DNA from: Candidatus Micrarchaeia archaeon
Lineage (GTDB): Archaea > Micrarchaeota > Micrarchaeia > Micrarchaeales > CABMGC01
Length of the DNA stretch: 12,152 nucleotides
NCBI GenBank assembly: GCA_049964835.1
Contig: JBMFWW010000019.1
Location: 1 to 12,152 of the forward strand
Reading direction: 5' to 3'
Notes under the pieces: model-generated
What the model was told of the DNA's origin: nothing
Databases searched by the model: none
What the model saw: only the letters and a program-made list of their open reading frames with translations
Made by a program: the position numbers and the translations under genes
In this document: positions 8,740 to 12,152 of the stretch, piece after piece
How positions within the stretch are numbered: position 1 is the first letter of the stretch
How the letters are laid out: every line of letters starts with the position of its first letter

Positions 8740-9279
8740 TTAATTAAGTCTACTTATCTTTTTAGATGCAAAAATTCTTATTATGTACGCATTTAATGTG
8801 TTAATGAACTCCTCTTTATTTTTATTTAATTCTGATATTTCATTATCATCAAAAAGGTCCTTGTTTTTAACTACTAAATCTTCTAGGTACTCTTTAGTCA
8901 TTGAGTAGAATCTCTTGCTGCATGACCCACATCTAAATATTGGCACTACTGGCACATCAGTTATGTTCCAAGGTTCAGTATATTCTAATTCCCTATATAA
9001 AATACCTGAGCAGCTATCACATCTCTTATCTATGCTTGTTTTTTCTTTAGATTGTTTTTCTTCTATTACAAAATCATTTCTGTATTCTTTATAAAACAAT
9101 TCTGGAATTGTACCCTGTTTCATATAAATTTGTGATATGACTCCATGAGTTTTTGAAAACTTTGTCATTAGAATGCCTTTATTTGTTTTTTCATAAATAT
9201 CGATTATATTTATGCCGTCTTTTGTATATTCTTGAGAAAGGTATCTCCCTTCAATATACTTATAAATAAGTTTAGGCAT
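8740..9279 (-). CDS. Hypothetical zinc-ribbon protein (CDSC...CGSC)
   Basis: Two CxxC pairs; DVPVVPIFRCGSCSKRFY resembles the YgiT/MqsA-type zinc finger. Start overlaps the histone 3' end by 8 nt. Confidence 0.75.
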   Translation of the reverse strand: MPKLIYKYIEGRYLSQEYTKDGINIIDIYEKTNKGILMTKFSKTHGVISQIYMKQGTIPELFYKEYRNDFVIEEKQSKEKTSIDKRCDSCSGILYRELEYTEPWNITDVPVVPIFRCGSCSKRFYSMTKEYLEDLVVKNKDLFDDNEISELNKNKEEFINTLNAYIIRIFASKKISRLN

Positions 9280-9487
9280 CCGATTCAGTTATTATATATT
9301 TTTTAATATCTTCTTTAGTTACCTTTTCCCTGCCCTTAGTCTTTGCGTTATTTACTGCAAACTTTGATATTTCATTTGCTTTCTTTTCTAATATCTGTGC
9401 AAGCTCATCTGCCCCATCGTCAGTTATACTAGCACCTAAATAATTTTTCACAAGTTTTTTTATAGAATTTTTAGGTATCTTTGCCAT
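9272..9487 (-). CDS. Archaeal histone-fold protein (atypical, 71 aa)
   Basis: Gapless manual alignment to HMfB: IP..SIKKLVK, ITDD...LA.ILE, A..GR..V..EDI. ATG at 9487 preferred because the track's GTG at 9514 lies in the C' box of the sRNA. Confidence 0.9.
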   Translation of the reverse strand: MAKIPKNSIKKLVKNYLGASITDDGADELAQILEKKANEISKFAVNNAKTKGREKVTKEDIKKYIITESDA

Positions 9488-9489
9488 TT

Positions 9490-9546
9490 TATCAGTACTC
9501 AAGATCTTCATCACATTATATCAGAAGCTTTAAGCTCATCATCATT
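9490..9546 (-). ncRNA. Box C/D 2'-O-methylation guide sRNA
   Basis: Minus strand: box C ATGATGA (9542-9536), guide GCTTAAAGCTT, box D' CTGA (9524-9521), TATAAT, box C' GTGATGA (9514-9508), guide AGATCTTGAGTA, box D CTGA (9495-9492). All four boxes are perfect, with 11- and 12-nt guides. RNA ends are approximate. Confidence 0.9.
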
Positions 9547-9564
9547 ATTTTTAATGTATTAATA

Positions 9565-9580
9565 TATTTAAAGGCTTTTG
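9565..9580 (-). promoter_or_regulatory. BRE + TATA box for the sRNA-histone unit
   Basis: Minus strand CAAAAGCC-TTTAAATA; the TATA box ends about 20 nt upstream of box C, placing the expected start site at the sRNA 5' end. Confidence 0.7.
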
Positions 9581-9642
9581 TAAAAGAAATATTTTAATGT
9601 AACATTAAATAAAAAACTTAAATTATAAAATATAAAAATTTT

Positions 9643-9657
9643 AGAAAGCTTTAAATA
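9643..9657 (+). promoter_or_regulatory. BRE + TATA box for the trxA-hisS unit
   Basis: AGAAAGC-TTTAAATA ending 30 nt before the trxA ATG; mirror image of the divergent promoter at 9565-9580. Confidence 0.7.
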
Positions 9658-9687
9658 AACGAAAAACAAAATATAACTGGTGTAAAA

Positions 9688-10002
9688 ATGTTAGAACTAA
9701 CAGATAAGAATTTTGATGAGGAAGTTAAGAATTCAAAAATACCTGTAGTGATTGATTTCTGGGCCCCTTGGTGTGGTCCTTGCAGAATCTTCTCCCCTAT
9801 AGTAGAAGAAGTAGAAAAGGAGCTTAACGGAAAGGTAAAATTTGCAAAACTCAATACTGACGAGAATCAGGAAACTGCTGGAAAGTTTAATATTATGAGT
9901 ATACCAACTCTTTTGCTCTTTAAGGATGGTAAAGTACAGGCTACATCTGTTGGAGCTCTACAAAAAGAATCATTGAAGAAATGGTTAGAGAAAAACATGT
10001 AA
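9688..10002 (+). CDS. trxA: Thioredoxin
   Basis: VIDFWAPWCGPC active site and MSIPTL cis-Pro loop; 104 aa. Confidence 0.97.
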   Translation: MLELTDKNFDEEVKNSKIPVVIDFWAPWCGPCRIFSPIVEEVEKELNGKVKFAKLNTDENQETAGKFNIMSIPTLLLFKDGKVQATSVGALQKESLKKWLEKNM

Positions 10003-10011
10003 ATTGGTAAA

Positions 10012-11292
10012 ATGGACTTATCTTTGCCACGTGGAACATCGGATCTTAAACCAGAGGATGCAATAAAGCTCAATGAATTAATAAAATTAACTGAAACTGT
10101 ATTCAAGAGTTATGGTTTTTATCCTTTGGAAACCCCTTCTTTAGAGCTAACTAGTACTCTTACAGCTAAAGCTTATGGTGAAGAGAACACCAAAGGAATA
10201 TTCTTAATTGATGGAAAACAAGAAGGTTTAAGATATGATTTGACTGTTCCATTGGCTAGGTATGTAGCGAGCAACAAAGATATTAGTTTGCCTTTTAAAA
10301 GATATCAAATTGGGAGAGTATGGCGCCTAGATGAACCGCAAAGAATGCGTGAGCGAGAGTTTATTCAAGCTGACATTGATATTGTTGGAAACACAGAGAT
10401 AATTGCCGAAGCAGAGTTAATATCTGCAACTTTTCTAATACTAAAAAACTTTGGATTAGATAACTTCAAAATATATTTAAATAGTAGGGAGCTGTTGTCT
10501 AAGATATTGACTGTATTTAAAATAGAGGAAAAACTGCAATTAGATGTCATGCGTATATTAGATAAAATAGATAAGATAGGATTAACAGAAACAAAAAGCC
10601 GGATAATTGCAAAAGGTGTTGATGAAAAAACAGCGCAAGAACTACTCGATCTCCTGCGTTCTGATAAAGTTAATGCTGAATGGTTAGCTGTATTAAAAAA
10701 TAGAGTACCAGATTCAACTTCAGAAACTGAAAAGCTTGAAACGCTTATTTCGTTGCTTAAAATTTATAATATAGAAAATGTATTTCTAGATCCATCTTTA
10801 TCAAGAGGTATGGATTATTATACTGGAATTGTTTGGGAGTTTGTAGCTTATGAGGAAGATAGACGCTTACCGACAATAGCATCAGGAGGTAGATACGACA
10901 AATTAATAGGAATTTACCTAAACAAAGAGATACCTGCAGTAGGCTCATCAATAGGAATAACGCGACTCTTCTCATTATTAAATAAAAATAATAAAAAAAC
11001 CTATGCAGATGTTTATGTCGCATATATTGGTAAAGAAAGTATAGAGTATGCATTGAAAATAGCTATAGAACTTAGGAAAAAGAGTATAAAAGTAGATATG
11101 AATATGAGTGAAAGAGGCATATCGAAACAGCTTGACTATGCTAACTCGCTAAAAATACCATATGTTGCAATAATAGGAGACAGAGAAAAATCTGAAAATA
11201 AAGTTACATTAAAAAATATGATTACTGGAGAAGAGCAATTATTAGATACTAATTCCTTAATAAATTATATAGTTGGAAATGTGATAAAATGA
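10012..11292 (+). CDS. hisS: Histidyl-tRNA synthetase
   Basis: PRGT.D, LRYDLTVPLAR, motif 2 RYQIGRVWR.DEPQ..R.REF.QAD.D, RGMDYYTG, GGRYD.L, and C-terminal anticodon-binding domain (KQLDYAN...IIGDRE). Confidence 0.97.
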   Translation: MDLSLPRGTSDLKPEDAIKLNELIKLTETVFKSYGFYPLETPSLELTSTLTAKAYGEENTKGIFLIDGKQEGLRYDLTVPLARYVASNKDISLPFKRYQIGRVWRLDEPQRMREREFIQADIDIVGNTEIIAEAELISATFLILKNFGLDNFKIYLNSRELLSKILTVFKIEEKLQLDVMRILDKIDKIGLTETKSRIIAKGVDEKTAQELLDLLRSDKVNAEWLAVLKNRVPDSTSETEKLETLISLLKIYNIENVFLDPSLSRGMDYYTGIVWEFVAYEEDRRLPTIASGGRYDKLIGIYLNKEIPAVGSSIGITRLFSLLNKNNKKTYADVYVAYIGKESIEYALKIAIELRKKSIKVDMNMSERGISKQLDYANSLKIPYVAIIGDREKSENKVTLKNMITGEEQLLDTNSLINYIVGNVIK

Positions 11293-11804
11293 GTAAGAAT
11301 GAAGTTGAAGAGCTAACAGAAAAAACGGTTAGAAAGGGGGGCTTACTAACAAAGCTTTATTTTGATATTCAAAGCAAAAATGAATCTGAGGTGCAGCCAT
11401 TAATGACAGATCTCATAAATAATAAACTGCTTAAATCTGCAGGAGTTATTTACTGTTTCGGAAGCGTTGATGAAACTATAAAGTTAGATGATGTATTTTC
11501 AACAAGCGCAGCGTTAACAGTTCTTTTTGTAGATATCGGTGCTTTGATTAATGTAGTATTTAATTTTGCGCCTGCAGGAATTGAAATTATAAAACCAGAA
11601 AATGAAGTTGTAATTAAAACATCGCAATTGCAATCAGTTATGCTTTCTCTTTCTGAAATATCAGTAGATTATTCTAAGTATATACTTGAGCGTGTTTTGA
11701 AAAAAGAAGAATTAGATAATATTGAAAGGGATCTTAAGGCAAGGGCTGAATTAGGAAAACGCCTTTTAGAAAAATCGAGAGACAACAACAAAGGCAAAGA
11801 ATAA
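11289..11804 (+). CDS. Archaeal hypothetical protein
   Basis: 171 codons with ATGA overlap with hisS. An FS...L...L...F.FAP.GIEII.P pattern recalls an uncharacterised archaeal family (from memory, unverified). Confidence 0.82.
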   Translation: MSKNEVEELTEKTVRKGGLLTKLYFDIQSKNESEVQPLMTDLINNKLLKSAGVIYCFGSVDETIKLDDVFSTSAALTVLFVDIGALINVVFNFAPAGIEIIKPENEVVIKTSQLQSVMLSLSEISVDYSKYILERVLKKEELDNIERDLKARAELGKRLLEKSRDNNKGKE

Positions 11805-11807
11805 ACT

Positions 11808-11893
11808 GCGCCAGTCATCTAGCCTGGTAGGATACGAGCTTCCCAATATCTAGGAATAAGCTCGACGCTCGGGTTCAAATCCCGACTGGCGCA
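11808..11893 (+). tRNA. tRNA-Gly(CCC) with 13-nt intron at 37/38 (11846-11858); CCA not encoded
   Basis: Acceptor GCGCCAG/CTGGCGC plus discriminator A; D arm ATCT/GGAT; anticodon stem CGAGC/GCTCG; anticodon CCC at 11842-11844; T arm TCGGG-TTCAAAT-CCCGA; BHB central helix TTCC/GGAA. Confidence 0.95.
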
Positions 11894-12005
11894 TAACTGG
11901 ATTTGTATCTTTTAAGTTGTTTATATAATTTATAATTAGGTTATTTTAATTTTTTATAGTCTTCTTTTAACTTTTACATTATATTTTATTATAGTAAATT
12001 TCAGA

Positions 12006-12152
12006 TTATCTCTTTCTAATCTTTCTTCCTACTGCTTGTGCTACAACTCTTGCATCATCCATAAATTCTGCGAACTCCTCTATGCTAAGCTGCTGCTCCT
12101 TATCGCTAAGCGCTTTTTCGGGATTGTTATGTACCTCTATTTCAAGCATGTC
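12006..12152 (-). CDS. DAHP synthase (class I-beta), C-terminal fragment; gene continues beyond the window
   Basis: Manual translation DMLEIEVHNNPEKALSDKEQQLSIEEFAEFMDDARVVAQAVGRKIRKR* contains the IEVH..P..ALSD..Q signature. Confidence 0.82.
   Translation of the reverse strand, partial: DMLEIEVHNNPEKALSDKEQQLSIEEFAEFMDDARVVAQAVGRKIRKR

Noticed and set aside
8740..9279. MqsRA-type toxin-antitoxin system
   Set aside because: There is only a zinc-finger resemblance, with no HTH and no neighbouring toxin gene.
9488..9514. N-terminal histone tail MMKILSTDK from the track's GTG start
   Set aside because: This stretch is box C', the D guide and box D of the sRNA. ATG 9487 gives a normal histone N-terminus.
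9516..9545. Leader peptide uORF MMMSLKLLI on the minus strand
   Set aside because: The ATG repeats are explained by box C (ATGATGA); there is no independent coding evidence.
141..11053. Antisense and alternate-frame ORFs in the track (e.g. 141-455, 494-808, 1203-1415, 2020-2304, 3161-3580, 3712-4047, 5065-5352, 7186-7683, 9651-9854, 10757-11053)
   Set aside because: They overlap better-supported genes and have Ser/Phe/Ile/Leu-rich shadow composition with no motifs.
11860..12005. Integrated element at the tRNA 3' end
   Set aside because: No integrase or duplicated tRNA 3' end in the window; only a T-rich spacer precedes a metabolic gene.

Overview
AT-rich archaeal chromosomal segment. The gene content, compact genes and divergent orthologues suggest a DPANN lineage such as Micrarchaeota; this is inference only. 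Left to right: the 3' part of a DEAD-box RNA helicase; a minus-strand pair of an Mrp/Nbp35-like P-loop ATPase and Orc1/Cdc6; two orphan ORFs; a reduced proteasome-exosome superoperon (psmA, SBDS, rrp4, rrp41, rrp42, rpl37ae, hypothetical, and rpoP, which the ORF track missed); a minus-strand unit of a box C/D guide sRNA, an atypical histone, a zinc-ribbon protein and a PRC-barrel protein; then trxA, hisS, a hypothetical and tRNA-Gly(CCC) with a 13-nt BHB intron; and the 3' end of a DAHP synthase. Main observations: (1) an unannotated, perfect-box C/D sRNA, predicted to guide Cm34 of tRNA-Leu(CAA), ends 4 nt before the histone start codon; (2) that histone has lost essentially all hypernucleosome determinants and is operonic with a CdpB-like PRC barrel; (3) the Mrp ATPase appears to start at AUA and lacks its Fe-S-binding CxxC. 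No mobile element or CRISPR array was seen.
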